From NCBI GenBank assembly GCA_963814375.1, contig CAWFCQ010000004.1:128001-192000 (forward strand): 64,000 nucleotides of DNA, written 5' to 3'. Shown here piece by piece: positions 27,496 through 37,596 of this stretch. The stretch comes from an uncultured Chloroflexia bacterium (GTDB taxonomy: Bacteria; Chloroflexota; Limnocylindria; QHBO01). Under the pieces are notes generated by a model. The model was not told the origin of the DNA. It did no database searches and saw nothing but the letters and a program-made list of their open reading frames with translations. How positions within the stretch are numbered: the stretch's first letter is position 1; every line of letters begins with the position of its first letter. Both the position numbers and the translations under genes were made by a program.

Positions 27496-29439
27496 TTGAC
27501 ACTGCTCGAGACCATCCACGAGCCGCGCCAGCTCCGTGACCTGACCCCGGAGCAGCTCGAATCGCTCGCCGCCGAGCTTCGCGAGAAGATGATCCGCACG
27601 GTCAAGCAGACCGGCGGCCACCTCGCGAGCTCATTGGGGACGGTGGAGCTGACCTTGGCCCTGCATCGCGTCATGGACTCGCCGCGCGATCGGATCGTGT
27701 GGGATACCGGGCACCAGGCGTACGCCCACAAGCTCCTCACCGGCCGATGGGATCGCTTCGAGACCCTGCGCCAGGTCGGCGGCGTCGGCGGTTTTCCCCG
27801 CCGCAGCGAGAGCGAGCACGACGTCTTCGACGGCGGCCACGCCGGCACCGGCGTCAGCATCGGCGTCGGGCTCGCAGCCGCCCGGGACCTGAAGTCGCGC
27901 TCCGACCCGGCGCGGCGCCAGCGGATCGCAGTCTGCGTCGGTGACGCCGCGATCGGCTCCGGCCTGACGATGGAGGCGCTCAACCATCTCGGTCACGTTC
28001 GGCACCCGATGCTCATCGTCCTGAACGACAACGAAATGAGCATCAGCCCGTCCGTCGGCGGCCTCTCCACCCGCCTCAACAAGATGCGCCTCTCGCGGGC
28101 GTACCAGGAGACGAAGTCGGCCACCTCGCGCGCCCTGCCCCGCGTGCCCGTGGTCGGCGAGCCCGTCTATCGGCTGCTCGGTTGGGCGAAGGAGGGCTTC
28201 AAGCGCTCGTGGGCCAGGGTCGGATTCTTCGAGGACATGGGCATCACGTACATCGGGGTTCTCGACGGCCATGACCTGGCCGAGCTCGAGAGCGCCTTCG
28301 AGGCCGCGTTCAAGATCCGTTCGCCGGTGCTCGTCCACGTCAAGACGATCAAGGGGCGCGGCTACGCGCCGGCGGAGCTCGACTCGATGACGTTCCACGG
28401 CGCCTCGCTGCCGCCGATCGACCTGGCCCTGATCGACCCGACCGAGGAGCCGCTGCCGGCCGACTCCGCCGCGGCGCGCAAGCCGAAGACGTACACCCAG
28501 ACCTTCGTGGAGGAGCTCGTTCGGCTGGCCGAGGTGGACCGGCGCATCTGCGCCATCACCGCCGGCATGCCGACCGGCACCGGTCTCTCCCGCTTCGGGG
28601 ATCGCTTCCCGGCGCGCTTCCACGACGTCGGCATCGCCGAGCAGCACGCGGTCGCCCTCGCGACGGGGCTCGCCTTGGCCGGCCTCCGCCCGGTCGTGGC
28701 GCTCTACTCCACCTTCAGCCAGCGCGCCTACGACCAGCTGGTCCACGACGTCTGCCAGAACGACGCCCCGGTGCTCCTGGGGCTCGACCGCTCGGGCCTC
28801 GTCGGCGAGGACGGCACCAGCCACCAGGGTATGTTCATGCTCCCGGCCATGCGCTCGCTGCCGAACCTCGTGATCGGCTCTCCCAAGGACGAGCAGGAGC
28901 TGCGCGATCTCGTCGTCACCGGTCTGGCGCATGCCGGCCCGGTCGCCCTGCTCTATCCGCGCGACGCCGGCGAGGACGTCGCCGACCGCGAGGGAACGCA
29001 GATCGAGATCGGCCGGGGCGAGGTGCTGCGCGAGGGCAGCGACCTGCTGTTCGTCGGGTTCGGGCCGATAGTGCAGCGCCTGCTCTGGGTCGCTTCAGAG
29101 CTCGAGGCCGATGGGCTGGCCGCCACCGTCATCAACGCGCGATGGGCCAAGCCGATGGACGAGGCCCTCATCGCCGAGCACGCGACCGGCAAGCGGCTGG
29201 TCGTGACCGCCGAGGAGTCGGCGGCGATGGGCGGCTTCGGTGATGGCGTCCTGGACGCGCTGAATCGAGCCGACGTGCGGGTGCCGCTGCACAAGATCGC
29301 CCTCGTCGAGGGCTTCGTTCACCATGGTGGCGTGGACGACCTGCGCGCCCAGCAGCGAATCGATGGCCCCGGCATGCTGGCCCAGGTGCGCGAGGCCCTC
29401 GGAGTCTCCGCCGCCCGCTCGAAGGTCACCGCCGCCTAG
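27496..29439 (+). CDS. dxs: 1-deoxy-D-xylulose-5-phosphate synthase
   Basis: GGHLASSLG, WDTGHQAY, LNDNEMSIS, DVGIAEQHA, YSTFSQRAYDQ; TTG start after GGGAGG. Confidence 0.97.
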   Translation: MTLLETIHEPRQLRDLTPEQLESLAAELREKMIRTVKQTGGHLASSLGTVELTLALHRVMDSPRDRIVWDTGHQAYAHKLLTGRWDRFETLRQVGGVGGFPRRSESEHDVFDGGHAGTGVSIGVGLAAARDLKSRSDPARRQRIAVCVGDAAIGSGLTMEALNHLGHVRHPMLIVLNDNEMSISPSVGGLSTRLNKMRLSRAYQETKSATSRALPRVPVVGEPVYRLLGWAKEGFKRSWARVGFFEDMGITYIGVLDGHDLAELESAFEAAFKIRSPVLVHVKTIKGRGYAPAELDSMTFHGASLPPIDLALIDPTEEPLPADSAAARKPKTYTQTFVEELVRLAEVDRRICAITAGMPTGTGLSRFGDRFPARFHDVGIAEQHAVALATGLALAGLRPVVALYSTFSQRAYDQLVHDVCQNDAPVLLGLDRSGLVGEDGTSHQGMFMLPAMRSLPNLVIGSPKDEQELRDLVVTGLAHAGPVALLYPRDAGEDVADREGTQIEIGRGEVLREGSDLLFVGFGPIVQRLLWVASELEADGLAATVINARWAKPMDEALIAEHATGKRLVVTAEESAAMGGFGDGVLDALNRADVRVPLHKIALVEGFVHHGGVDDLRAQQRIDGPGMLAQVREALGVSAARSKVTAA

Positions 29440-29440
29440 G

Positions 29441-30172
29441 GTGGCGCGGATTCGACTCGACCAGCTGCTGACCGAGCGCGGCCTGGCGCGGTCGCGCGCC
29501 GAGGCCCAGGCGCTCATCCACGCCGGCGACGTCGAGCTCGACGGAAACCGCCGCCTCAAGCCCGGCCAGCTCGTGGCCTCCGACGCGGCCGTGTCGCTGC
29601 TCGCCAAGCCAAAGTGGGCGAGCCGGGCGGGCGTCAAGCTCGAGCACGCGCTCGACGCCTTCGAGATCGACCCGACGGGGCTGGCGTGCCTCGACGCGGG
29701 CGCCTCGACCGGCGGCTTCACCGATGTGCTTCTCGCGCGCGGAGCGCGGATCGTCTATGCCGTCGATGTCGGGCGCGCCCAGCTCATCCAGCGCCTTCGC
29801 GAAGATCCGCGCGTGGTCAGCATGGAACGAACGAACCTGCGCGAGCTTGACGAGCTTCCCGAGCCGATCGACCTCGTCACCCTGGATCTCAGTTTCATCA
29901 GCCTTCGGCTCGTCCTGCCCGCGGTGCGCAATCTGCTGACCGATGCGGGCCGTGCCGTCGTCCTCGTCAAGCCGCAGTTCGAGGCCGGCCGTGAGGACGT
30001 CCCGCGCGGCGGCGTGGTCAGCGATCCCGCGACCTGGGAGCGAGTCGTGAGCGAGGTCGCCTCGGCCGCCGAGGCGCTCGGCTTCGACGCAGGGCAGGCC
30101 CTTCGCTCGCCGATCGCCGGATCGGACGGGAACATCGAGTTCCTGATGGCGCTCGGCGTGCGCGCGACCTGA
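29441..30172 (+). CDS. tlyA: TlyA family rRNA 2'-O-methyltransferase
   Basis: RLDQLL (S4), SRAGVKL, DAGASTGGFTD, DLSFISL, VKPQFE, GNIEFL. Confidence 0.96.
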   Translation: MARIRLDQLLTERGLARSRAEAQALIHAGDVELDGNRRLKPGQLVASDAAVSLLAKPKWASRAGVKLEHALDAFEIDPTGLACLDAGASTGGFTDVLLARGARIVYAVDVGRAQLIQRLREDPRVVSMERTNLRELDELPEPIDLVTLDLSFISLRLVLPAVRNLLTDAGRAVVLVKPQFEAGREDVPRGGVVSDPATWERVVSEVASAAEALGFDAGQALRSPIAGSDGNIEFLMALGVRAT

Positions 30173-30174
30173 TC

Positions 30175-30190
30175 GTATATACGTATATAC
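30175..30190. promoter_or_regulatory. Perfect 16-bp palindrome GTATATACGTATATAC, probable operator, overlapping TATACT -10 box
   Basis: AT-rich dyad 52 bp upstream of the RHH gene; exact second copy at 40210. Confidence 0.7.
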
Positions 30191-30242
30191 TCCGCTGCGA
30201 TCAGCGGCCGGCTGTACGACGCGCGTATTACGATCACCCCCG

Positions 30243-30587
30243 ATGAAGCGCAGAAGCGCGACGGCGCCGCAGATCGAGCAGCTCGGAATCGGCTTCGAGG
30301 GCATCGAGGTCGTCGAGCCCGAGGGGCACGAACCCTCGCCGGACACGATGCGTCAGATCGTCAGCCTGCGCATGCCCGACGCTCTGCTGACCCGGGTCGA
30401 GGAGGCGGCGCAGGCGCGCGGCGTGTCACCGTCGAGCCTCATGCGGGCGCTCATCGCGGCCGGTCTCGACCGCTCGTACGCCGCGGTTCGCGAGCCGAGC
30501 GAGTTGGCCGCCGAGCTGGCCGAGCTTCGGCGCAGCGTGGATCGGATCGCGGCGCAGCTGGCGGCGGGTGAGACCGAGCGCGAATGA
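30243..30587 (+). CDS. Ribbon-helix-helix (CopG/Arc/MetJ fold) protein with C-terminal coiled coil
   Basis: IVSLRMPDALLTRVEEAAQARGVSPSSLMRALI RHH pattern; ATGA overlap with nadK. Confidence 0.85.
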   Translation: MKRRSATAPQIEQLGIGFEGIEVVEPEGHEPSPDTMRQIVSLRMPDALLTRVEEAAQARGVSPSSLMRALIAAGLDRSYAAVREPSELAAELAELRRSVDRIAAQLAAGETERE

Positions 30588-31420
30588 AGCGCATCGGCTT
30601 CGCGTACAACCCCTACAACGACCGTGCACCGGCCCTCCTGGAGCGCGGTCGAGCCTGGTGCCGCGATCACGGGATCGACGCGTGGGATGCGTCGGGCGAC
30701 GCGCACGACAAGATGCGCGACGAGCTGACCAGCACCGATCTCGTCTGCGTCCTCGGCGGCGACGGGACGTTCCTGCGAACCGCGCGCGCCATCGGCGGTT
30801 CTGGCGTGCCAGCGCTGGGGGTGAACCTGGGGCGCATCGGCTTCCTGGCAAAGGTCGAATCCGACGGTCTGGAGCATGCGCTCGACCAGGTCCTGGCCGG
30901 CGACTACCAGGTCGAGGACCGCTTTCGCATCTCGGTTCGCCTCGTGCGGGCCGACGGGGGCACCGAGGAGCACGCGTGCCTGAACGAGGTCGTCGTGGCG
31001 CGTGGCACCCGCGTCCGGATGATCCAGCTCGAGGTCGAGGTCTCCGGATCCCATCTGGCCACCTACGTGGCCGATGCGGTCGTTGTCGCCACGCCGACGG
31101 GCTCGACGGCGTACAGCTTCAGCGCGGGCGGCTCGATCCTCGACCCCCGCCTGCGCAACATGGTCATCACGCCGGTGGCCGCATACCTCTCTCCCCTGCA
31201 CAGCGTGGTGGCCGGCGAGGATCACGAGGTCGACCTCACGCTGCGCGAGGCTCACGACGGGGCGCTCGTCAGCCTCGACGGGCAGATCGACCTGCCGATG
31301 CAGATCGGCGATCGAGTCGAAGTCCGCGCCCTGGCCGAGCCGATGCGCATGGTCGAGCCGACCGGCAGCACGCCGTTCTACGACCTGCTGCGCACCAAGG
31401 CATCGCTCCTCCCGTATTGA
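30584..31420 (+). CDS. nadK: NAD kinase
   Basis: GGDGTFL, GVNLGRIGFL, LNEVV, ATPTGSTAYSFSAGG. Confidence 0.96.
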   Translation: MKRIGFAYNPYNDRAPALLERGRAWCRDHGIDAWDASGDAHDKMRDELTSTDLVCVLGGDGTFLRTARAIGGSGVPALGVNLGRIGFLAKVESDGLEHALDQVLAGDYQVEDRFRISVRLVRADGGTEEHACLNEVVVARGTRVRMIQLEVEVSGSHLATYVADAVVVATPTGSTAYSFSAGGSILDPRLRNMVITPVAAYLSPLHSVVAGEDHEVDLTLREAHDGALVSLDGQIDLPMQIGDRVEVRALAEPMRMVEPTGSTPFYDLLRTKASLLPY

Positions 31421-31434
31421 GCTGACCTGAGCCG

Positions 31435-33093
31435 ATGCCGCTGCGCGAGCTGACCGTCGAGAACCTGGCGGTGGTCGAGTCGGTCCGCCTGTCGCTCGAA
31501 CCGGGTTTCACGGTGCTCACCGGCGAGACCGGCGCCGGCAAGTCCCTGGTGGTCGATGCCGTCGCGCTCGCCCTCGGTGCTCGCGCCAGCTCCGACCAGG
31601 TGCGCGCCGGGAGCGACGCCGCACGTGTCGAGGCGGTCTTCGATGCCCCCGCGGCCCTCGACGACGATCCGCTCGCCGACGTGGTTGCCGCCGGCGATGG
31701 CGTCGTCATCGTTCGACGCGACGTGGGCGTGGAGGGCCGTTCTTCGGTCCGGGTCAACGACCGTGCGGTCACGGTGGGCGGGCTCGCCACACTCGGCGCG
31801 CGGCTGGGGGAGATCCACGGCCAGCACGACCAGCAGCGGCTCCTGGAGCCGGCTCGCCAACTCGCGCTGCTGGACGGCTTCGGCGGGCACGAGCCGCTGC
31901 TCGCGGCGGTTGCCGGCGCCCACCGGGCGTGGCGGGCGACCATGGCGGCCTCTGCCGAGATGCTGACCGATGCGCACGAGCTCGCGCGCCGGGTCGAGCT
32001 GCTGAGTCACCAGGTCGACGAGATCACGTCGGCAGGCCCGCGGTCCGGCGAGGATGCCGAGCTCGAGGCGCAGCTGCGCGCCGCGGAGCACGCCGAGACG
32101 ATCGCGAGGTCCGGGACCGAGGCCGTCACCGCGCTCCGCGAAGACGGTGGCGCCGGCGACGCGCTCGCAGCCGCCGAGCGCGGGCTCGTCGCGGCAGCAC
32201 AGCATGACGAACGATTCGGGCCGCTGGCCGATCGCGCCGCGGCGCTGGCGGCGGAGGCGTCTGAGCTTGCCCGCGACGCTGCTGCCGCGTCGGAAGGGGT
32301 CGAGCTTGACCCGGCGGCGCGGGCGCTCGCCGAGGAGCGGCTGGCGCTGCTCTACGACCTGCGGCGCAAGTACGGCGACTCGATCGACGCCGTCGTCGCC
32401 TTCGGCGAGACTTCCGCCACAGAGCTCCAGCGGCTGGAGAACCAGGAAGGGGAGCGCGAGGTCCTGCGTGCGCGCGAGGCTGAGGAGCGGGCCGCGCTCG
32501 ACGCCGCCGCGGCCGACCTCAGCGTTGCCCGCCGTGCGGCGGCCGACCGGCTGAGCGCCGAAGTCAACCCGGAGCTGCCGCCCCTCGGGCTCCCCGGCGG
32601 CGCCTTCGGGGTCGATCTGAACGTCGTTGACGCCGGACCCTCGGGAGCGGACCGCGTCGTCTTCACGTTCGCACCGAACCCGGGCGAGCCACCGCGGCCG
32701 CTCGGGCGCATCGCTTCCGGCGGTGAGGCGAGCCGCGTGGCGCTGGCCCTCAAGGTCGTCCTGGCGGCGGCCGACGAGACGCCGCTGCTCGTCTTCGACG
32801 AGGTCGACGCCGGGGTCGGCGGCCGCAACGCCTCGGCATTGGGCGAGCGGCTGAAGCGGCTGAGCGCCCACCACCAGGTGCTGTGTGTCACCCACCTGCC
32901 GCAGGTCGCGGCCCATGCGGATGCGCATCTCGTCGTGGGCAAGCGGGTCACCGGCGGGCGGACCACGACGGAGATCCGCGCGCTCGGCGCCGAGGAGCGG
33001 GCGGCCGAGCTCGCCGCCATGCTCGGCGGCGAGGGGGCCAGGGAGGAGGCGCAGGCGGCGGCCGAGGCGCTCCTTCGCTCGGCCGGTTCCTGA
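31435..33093 (+). CDS. recN: DNA repair protein RecN
   Basis: LTGETGAGKS, IHGQHDQ, IASGGEASR, VFDEVDAGVGG, VTHLPQVAA. Confidence 0.97.
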   Translation: MPLRELTVENLAVVESVRLSLEPGFTVLTGETGAGKSLVVDAVALALGARASSDQVRAGSDAARVEAVFDAPAALDDDPLADVVAAGDGVVIVRRDVGVEGRSSVRVNDRAVTVGGLATLGARLGEIHGQHDQQRLLEPARQLALLDGFGGHEPLLAAVAGAHRAWRATMAASAEMLTDAHELARRVELLSHQVDEITSAGPRSGEDAELEAQLRAAEHAETIARSGTEAVTALREDGGAGDALAAAERGLVAAAQHDERFGPLADRAAALAAEASELARDAAAASEGVELDPAARALAEERLALLYDLRRKYGDSIDAVVAFGETSATELQRLENQEGEREVLRAREAEERAALDAAAADLSVARRAAADRLSAEVNPELPPLGLPGGAFGVDLNVVDAGPSGADRVVFTFAPNPGEPPRPLGRIASGGEASRVALALKVVLAAADETPLLVFDEVDAGVGGRNASALGERLKRLSAHHQVLCVTHLPQVAAHADAHLVVGKRVTGGRTTTEIRALGAEERAAELAAMLGGEGAREEAQAAAEALLRSAGS

Positions 33094-33998
33094 TGGCCGG
33101 CTCGGCTGCCAGGGTCGACCCGGCGCTGGCCGAGGCCATCGACGCGTTCCTGCTCGAACTGCGGGTCGAACGAGGTCTGTCACCGCTCACCATCGCGGCG
33201 TACCGCCGCGACCTCGCGCAGTTTGCCGCGGTCGCCGGCCGGCGCTGGCGGGACGATCCGCAGGCGCTGATCGACTTCGTGACCGGGCTCCAGCATCGGG
33301 GCGCTCGCGGCAGCACCCAGGCGAGAAAGAGCGCCGCGGTCCGCAGCTTCTATGCCTTTGCGCTGCGCGAGGGCCTCGCAACCCGGGATGTGCCGGCCCT
33401 GGTGGACGCGCCGAAGCCGGGCAGCTACCTGCCCGACGTCCTGAGCCCGGAAGACGTCGAGCTGATCCTCGATGCGCCGCCGGCGGAGACCCTCATCGGC
33501 ACACGCGACCGCGCCATCCTCGAGCTCCTCTACGGCTGCGGGCTGCGGGTGAGCGAGCTCGTCGGCCTCGACGTCGACCGGGTCGACCTGCCGAATCAGC
33601 AGGTCCGGGTCATCGGTAAGGGCGACAAGGAGCGACGTGTGCCGATGGGGGACGAGGCGCGAGAGCGGCTGCACCGGTATCGCATCGGCCCGCGCGCGGC
33701 GTGGACGGCCAGGAAGCCAACGCCGGCCGTGTTCGTCGGCACGCGTGGGAGACGGATGAGCCGGGAGGCCGTGTGGGGCCTGGTCAAGCGCTGGACCGAG
33801 GTTGCGGGAGTCCGAGAACGGGTTACTCCGCACACGTTCCGGCACAGTTTTGCGACCCATCTGCTCGATGGCGGCGCCGACCTGCGCGTGGTCCAGGCCC
33901 TGCTTGGCCATGCTAGCATCGGCACGACCCAGCTCTACACCCACCTGACCGGAGAGCGCGTCCGCGAGGCCTACGCGCGCGCGCATCCGAGAGCCTGA
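33093..33998 (+). CDS. xerD: Chromosomal tyrosine recombinase XerD
   Basis: ERGLSPLTIAAYRRDL, RDRAILELLYGCGLRVSEL, GKGDKER, HTFRHSFATHLL, GHASIGTTQLYTH. Confidence 0.92.
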   Translation: MAGSAARVDPALAEAIDAFLLELRVERGLSPLTIAAYRRDLAQFAAVAGRRWRDDPQALIDFVTGLQHRGARGSTQARKSAAVRSFYAFALREGLATRDVPALVDAPKPGSYLPDVLSPEDVELILDAPPAETLIGTRDRAILELLYGCGLRVSELVGLDVDRVDLPNQQVRVIGKGDKERRVPMGDEARERLHRYRIGPRAAWTARKPTPAVFVGTRGRRMSREAVWGLVKRWTEVAGVRERVTPHTFRHSFATHLLDGGADLRVVQALLGHASIGTTQLYTHLTGERVREAYARAHPRA

Positions 33999-34016
33999 CG
34001 CGGAGCCGATGAGCCG

Positions 34017-34832
34017 ATGAGTTACGTCCAGAACCACCTCAGCCGGGGCGAGGAGATCGTCTACGAGACCCGGCAGCACTGGTTCGCCGTGGTCGCCCGG
34101 GTGGGGATCTGGTTCCTCGTCCTGATCGTGGCCGTTGCCCTGGCGATCTGGATCGGCACGAACGACGGCCCGGTGCTTGGCGAGACGACCGCCGACAGCA
34201 TCGTCACCGTCATCGCCGTGGCCGGGCTCCTCGGTGGGCTCGCCTACATCGGCTTCGTGATCTGGGACTGGCGCAACCAGGAGTGGCTCATCACCACCCG
34301 CCGCGTCATCCGCGCCGAGGGAGTCCTGAACAAGTCGGTGATCGACTCGAACCTCGAGAAGATCAACGACGCGCGACTCGATCAGAGCATGTTTGGCCGG
34401 CTCTTCGGCTTCGGGACGCTCGACATCCTCACGGCGGCCGAGGAGGCGGGCCGCAACAACCTGGCCGACTTCCCGATGATCGCCGACCCCGTTCAGTTCA
34501 AGAAGGCGATGTTCGACCAGAAGCAGATGATGGAAAATCCCGAGCTCGCTCAGCCGCGCTACCAGCGCACCACCGCGCCGCCGCCGATGGAACCGGCCGA
34601 GCCGATGGCGCCGCGAGCCGGGTCGGATCGCGTCTCAGTCACCGGCGACGCCGGTGCTGCGCAAGCCTCCGCTGCGGCCGTGCCAGTCGCTGCTGCCGCG
34701 GCTACTCCGGCGCCAAGCGCGCCAGACGATATCGGATCGACGCTCGAGAAGCTCGCCGGCCTGCGCGACAAGGGCCTGATCACGCCCGAGGAGTACGAGG
34801 CCAAGAAGCGGGACCTCCTGGAGAGGATGTAG
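34017..34832 (+). CDS. Bacterial PH (bPH_2) + SHOCT membrane protein
   Basis: LSRGEEIVYETRQHW, ITTRRVI..GVL, QSMFGRLFGFGTL; SHOCT tail LRDKGLITPEEYEAKKRDLL. Confidence 0.85.
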   Translation: MSYVQNHLSRGEEIVYETRQHWFAVVARVGIWFLVLIVAVALAIWIGTNDGPVLGETTADSIVTVIAVAGLLGGLAYIGFVIWDWRNQEWLITTRRVIRAEGVLNKSVIDSNLEKINDARLDQSMFGRLFGFGTLDILTAAEEAGRNNLADFPMIADPVQFKKAMFDQKQMMENPELAQPRYQRTTAPPPMEPAEPMAPRAGSDRVSVTGDAGAAQASAAAVPVAAAAATPAPSAPDDIGSTLEKLAGLRDKGLITPEEYEAKKRDLLERM

Positions 34833-35720
34833 GTGCCCGAACCCTCTCCGGGCGCGCTCTCCGACGGCATTTACGGCTCAGAGCTCGATCGACGGATCCT
34901 CGAGGCATCCGAGTCGATCGGCGCACGGTTGGCCGCCGAGCCGACCCTCGCCCGTCCGCGGCTGGCGGCAATCCTGGGATCGGGGCTGGGTGGCGTGGTA
35001 GAGCTGCTCGATGACGAGCCGCGTCTGACGATCGACTATCGCGACATCCCGCACGTGCCCGGCTCGGGGGTGGAGGGCCACGCCGGCCAGCTCATTGCCG
35101 GCTCGGTGGCCGGAATGGCGGCCGTTGTCCTCTCGGGGCGGGCCCACCCCTACGAGGGCTACTCGCACCGCGAGGCGACGCTCCTGCTGCGCGCGGTACT
35201 TGCGCTCGGGGTCGATACGCTCGTCGTGACCAACGCCGCCGGCGGCCTCAATCCGGAGTTCGAGCCGGGCGACGTGATGCTGATCACCGATCACATCAAT
35301 CTCTCCGGCGACAATCCGCTGCTCGGCCCGAACCTCGATCGCTTCGGGGCGCGCTTCCCACCGCTCACCGATGCCTACGATCCTGCTCTCCGCGCCGCGG
35401 CCCGCGACGCCGCTGGGCGAACCGGGATCCGGCTCCGCGAGGGGGTCTACATCATGCTCTCCGGGCCGTCGTACGAGACGCGCGCCGAGATGCGAATGCT
35501 GCGCGGGCTGGGGGCCGACGCGACCGGCATGAGCACTGCGCACGAGGTCATCGTTGCGCGCCACGCCGGCGCGCGCGTGCTCGGTTTCAGCCTCATCACG
35601 AACAAGGCGACCGACGACGTCGAGACCGGCGCGACCCACGAAGAGGTGATCGAGATGGGCCGCGTCGGCGCCACCAGCCTCGTCACGCTGCTGGGCGAGC
35701 TCCTGCCGCAGCTCACCTGA
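34833..35720 (+). CDS. punA: Purine-nucleoside phosphorylase (trimeric type)
   Basis: ILGSGLG, GRAHPYEG, TNAAGG, GPSYET, GMST. Confidence 0.93.
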   Translation: MPEPSPGALSDGIYGSELDRRILEASESIGARLAAEPTLARPRLAAILGSGLGGVVELLDDEPRLTIDYRDIPHVPGSGVEGHAGQLIAGSVAGMAAVVLSGRAHPYEGYSHREATLLLRAVLALGVDTLVVTNAAGGLNPEFEPGDVMLITDHINLSGDNPLLGPNLDRFGARFPPLTDAYDPALRAAARDAAGRTGIRLREGVYIMLSGPSYETRAEMRMLRGLGADATGMSTAHEVIVARHAGARVLGFSLITNKATDDVETGATHEEVIEMGRVGATSLVTLLGELLPQLT

Positions 35721-35727
35721 GCTCCGC

Positions 35728-36342
35728 ATGCTCTTTTTCGAACTGACGATTCCCCAGATCGTCGGCATTGTCGTGGCGCTGGTGGTCGGGATCACCTTTC
35801 ACGAGTTCAGCCACGCCTTCATCGCCGACGTACTCGGCGATCATCGTCCGCGCGCGCTGGGACGCGTGACGCTGAACCCGGTCGCGCACATCGACCCCAT
35901 CGGAGCGGTCTTCTTCCTGGTGGCGGGGTTCGGTTGGGGCAAGCCTGTGCCCGTCAACGTCTACGCGTTGCGACCCGGGCGCATCGGCATGGCCATCGTC
36001 GCCGCGGGCGGGCCGGTCGCCAATGTCGTTGTCGCGATCGTGGCGGCGGTGCTGTATCGCGTCATGGCCCTGGGCGGGGCGGAGGGCATAGTGGTCGAGA
36101 CTGCCTTCGCCGTCGTCTTCTTCAACATCCTCCTGGCGATCTTCAACCTCATCCCGATCCCGCCGCTGGATGGGTACAACGTCCTCCTCGCCTTCCTTCC
36201 GCCCCGCACGGCGTTCGTCGTGCAGCGCTACGCGCAGTACGGCATCCTCGTGCTCTTGCTGCTGGTGGTCATCCCGAACAGCCCGCTCGACTTCCTGCTC
36301 GGCCTGGCCCGGCCCGTCACGCAGGTGCTGACCGGTGCATAG
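35728..36342 (+). CDS. Site-2 protease (M50)
   Basis: HEFSH, GWGKPVPVN, AGGPVAN, FNLIPIPPLDG. Confidence 0.93.
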   Translation: MLFFELTIPQIVGIVVALVVGITFHEFSHAFIADVLGDHRPRALGRVTLNPVAHIDPIGAVFFLVAGFGWGKPVPVNVYALRPGRIGMAIVAAGGPVANVVVAIVAAVLYRVMALGGAEGIVVETAFAVVFFNILLAIFNLIPIPPLDGYNVLLAFLPPRTAFVVQRYAQYGILVLLLLVVIPNSPLDFLLGLARPVTQVLTGA

Positions 36343-36821
36343 GGTCGGGCAGTTCGTCTCGCACGTGCGCGCCAGGGTCGAGCCGGAAGAGGAGTCCTTC
36401 GTCGTGAGCGTGCTGCCGCGGGACGCGGTCGACCTCTTCAGGGGTATGCCGGTCGCCGACCGCCGGCACGGTCTCGACGTGGCGCGGCGCCTTGCCGAGG
36501 CCGGCATTGAAGATCGGAGACCTGCTTGCAGCCGCCCTTCTCCACGACGCGGCCAAGGGCCACCGCATGCGGCTCTGGCACCGGGTCGGCGGCGTCCTGC
36601 TCGAGGCGATGTCGCCGTCCGCCCTCCATCGGTTGGCAAGCGGGGACCCGCGTTCGTGGCGCTATCCGATGCATCTCTACATCAACCACGCGGCGATCTC
36701 GGCCGAGATGGCGGTTGCGGCCGGCTGCTCGCCGCGGGCCGGTATCTTCATCCGAGGCGATGCCACAGGGCCCGATGTGCGCCTGCAACAGGCGCTGAGG
36801 GAAGCCGATGACGCAAGCTGA
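36335..36821 (+). CDS. HD-domain protein, apparent +1 frameshift near 36518
   Basis: DRRHGLDVA in first frame; DLLAAALLHDAAK..HAAISA..ADD in +1 frame. Confidence 0.8.
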
Positions 36822-37596
36822 CGGCATGGAGCCGATCCCGGTCACCTCGGAGGAGCCAGTTCCCCTGCCAATCGGCGAGGGCGAGTTCACCGTCGCGCTC
36901 GGGACGTTCGAGGGGCCACTCCAGCTGCTGCTCCACCTTATCGAGTCCCGCCAGCTCGACATCCTGACCGTGCCACTGGCCGAGGTGGCCGATGCCTATG
37001 TCGAGCACCTGACACGCCACCCGGTCGACGCCGCGAATCTGTCAGAGTTCGTCGCCATCGCCGCACAGCTCATCTACCTGAAGTCGAAGCGCATCCTGCC
37101 GGCGGAGCCCCTGCCGCCGCTGCCGGAAGGCGCCGACGAGCCCGACGAGGAGGAGCTTCGCCGCCGGATCCTCGAGTACCGGGCGCTGCGGGACGCCTCC
37201 GTCGAGCTCGGGAGGCGGGATGGCGCGACACCGGTGATGCGCCGCGAGCCGCGCGAGTCGGATCTGCCGGAGGTACCGGCCGAGCCGATGTCGGTGAACG
37301 TCCTGAGCGCCGCGCTCGAGACGCTGGCCGCCATCCCGGAGCCAGAGGCGCCTCCGCCGGAGCTGGTGGCCCGCGAGATCACGATCGGCCAGCAGATCAC
37401 CGTCCTGCGCGACGCCCTCTCGCGTGGCGGGCGCGTCCTGCTCCAGACCATCCTCGCGCGCTGCCAGTCGCGGACCGAGGCCGCCGTGACCTTCCTCGCC
37501 ACCCTCGAGCTCGTGCGCCGCCGCCAGGTGCGGGCCGAGCAGGACGAGATCTTCGGTCCGATCCTCATCGAGACGGCACCGGAGTCGCGTGGATGA
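36808..37596 (+). CDS. scpA: Segregation and condensation protein A
   Basis: FEGPLQLLLHLI, LIYLKSKRILP, VTFLATLEL..Q..FGPI. Confidence 0.95.
   Translation: MTQADGMEPIPVTSEEPVPLPIGEGEFTVALGTFEGPLQLLLHLIESRQLDILTVPLAEVADAYVEHLTRHPVDAANLSEFVAIAAQLIYLKSKRILPAEPLPPLPEGADEPDEEELRRRILEYRALRDASVELGRRDGATPVMRREPRESDLPEVPAEPMSVNVLSAALETLAAIPEPEAPPPELVAREITIGQQITVLRDALSRGGRVLLQTILARCQSRTEAAVTFLATLELVRRRQVRAEQDEIFGPILIETAPESRG

Noticed and set aside
30175-30190. Palindrome as SOS box, dif or parS site
   Set aside because: Lacks CTGT-N8-ACAG and GAAC-N4-GTTC LexA patterns, the XerC/D arms of dif, and the TGTTTCACGTGAAACA parS consensus
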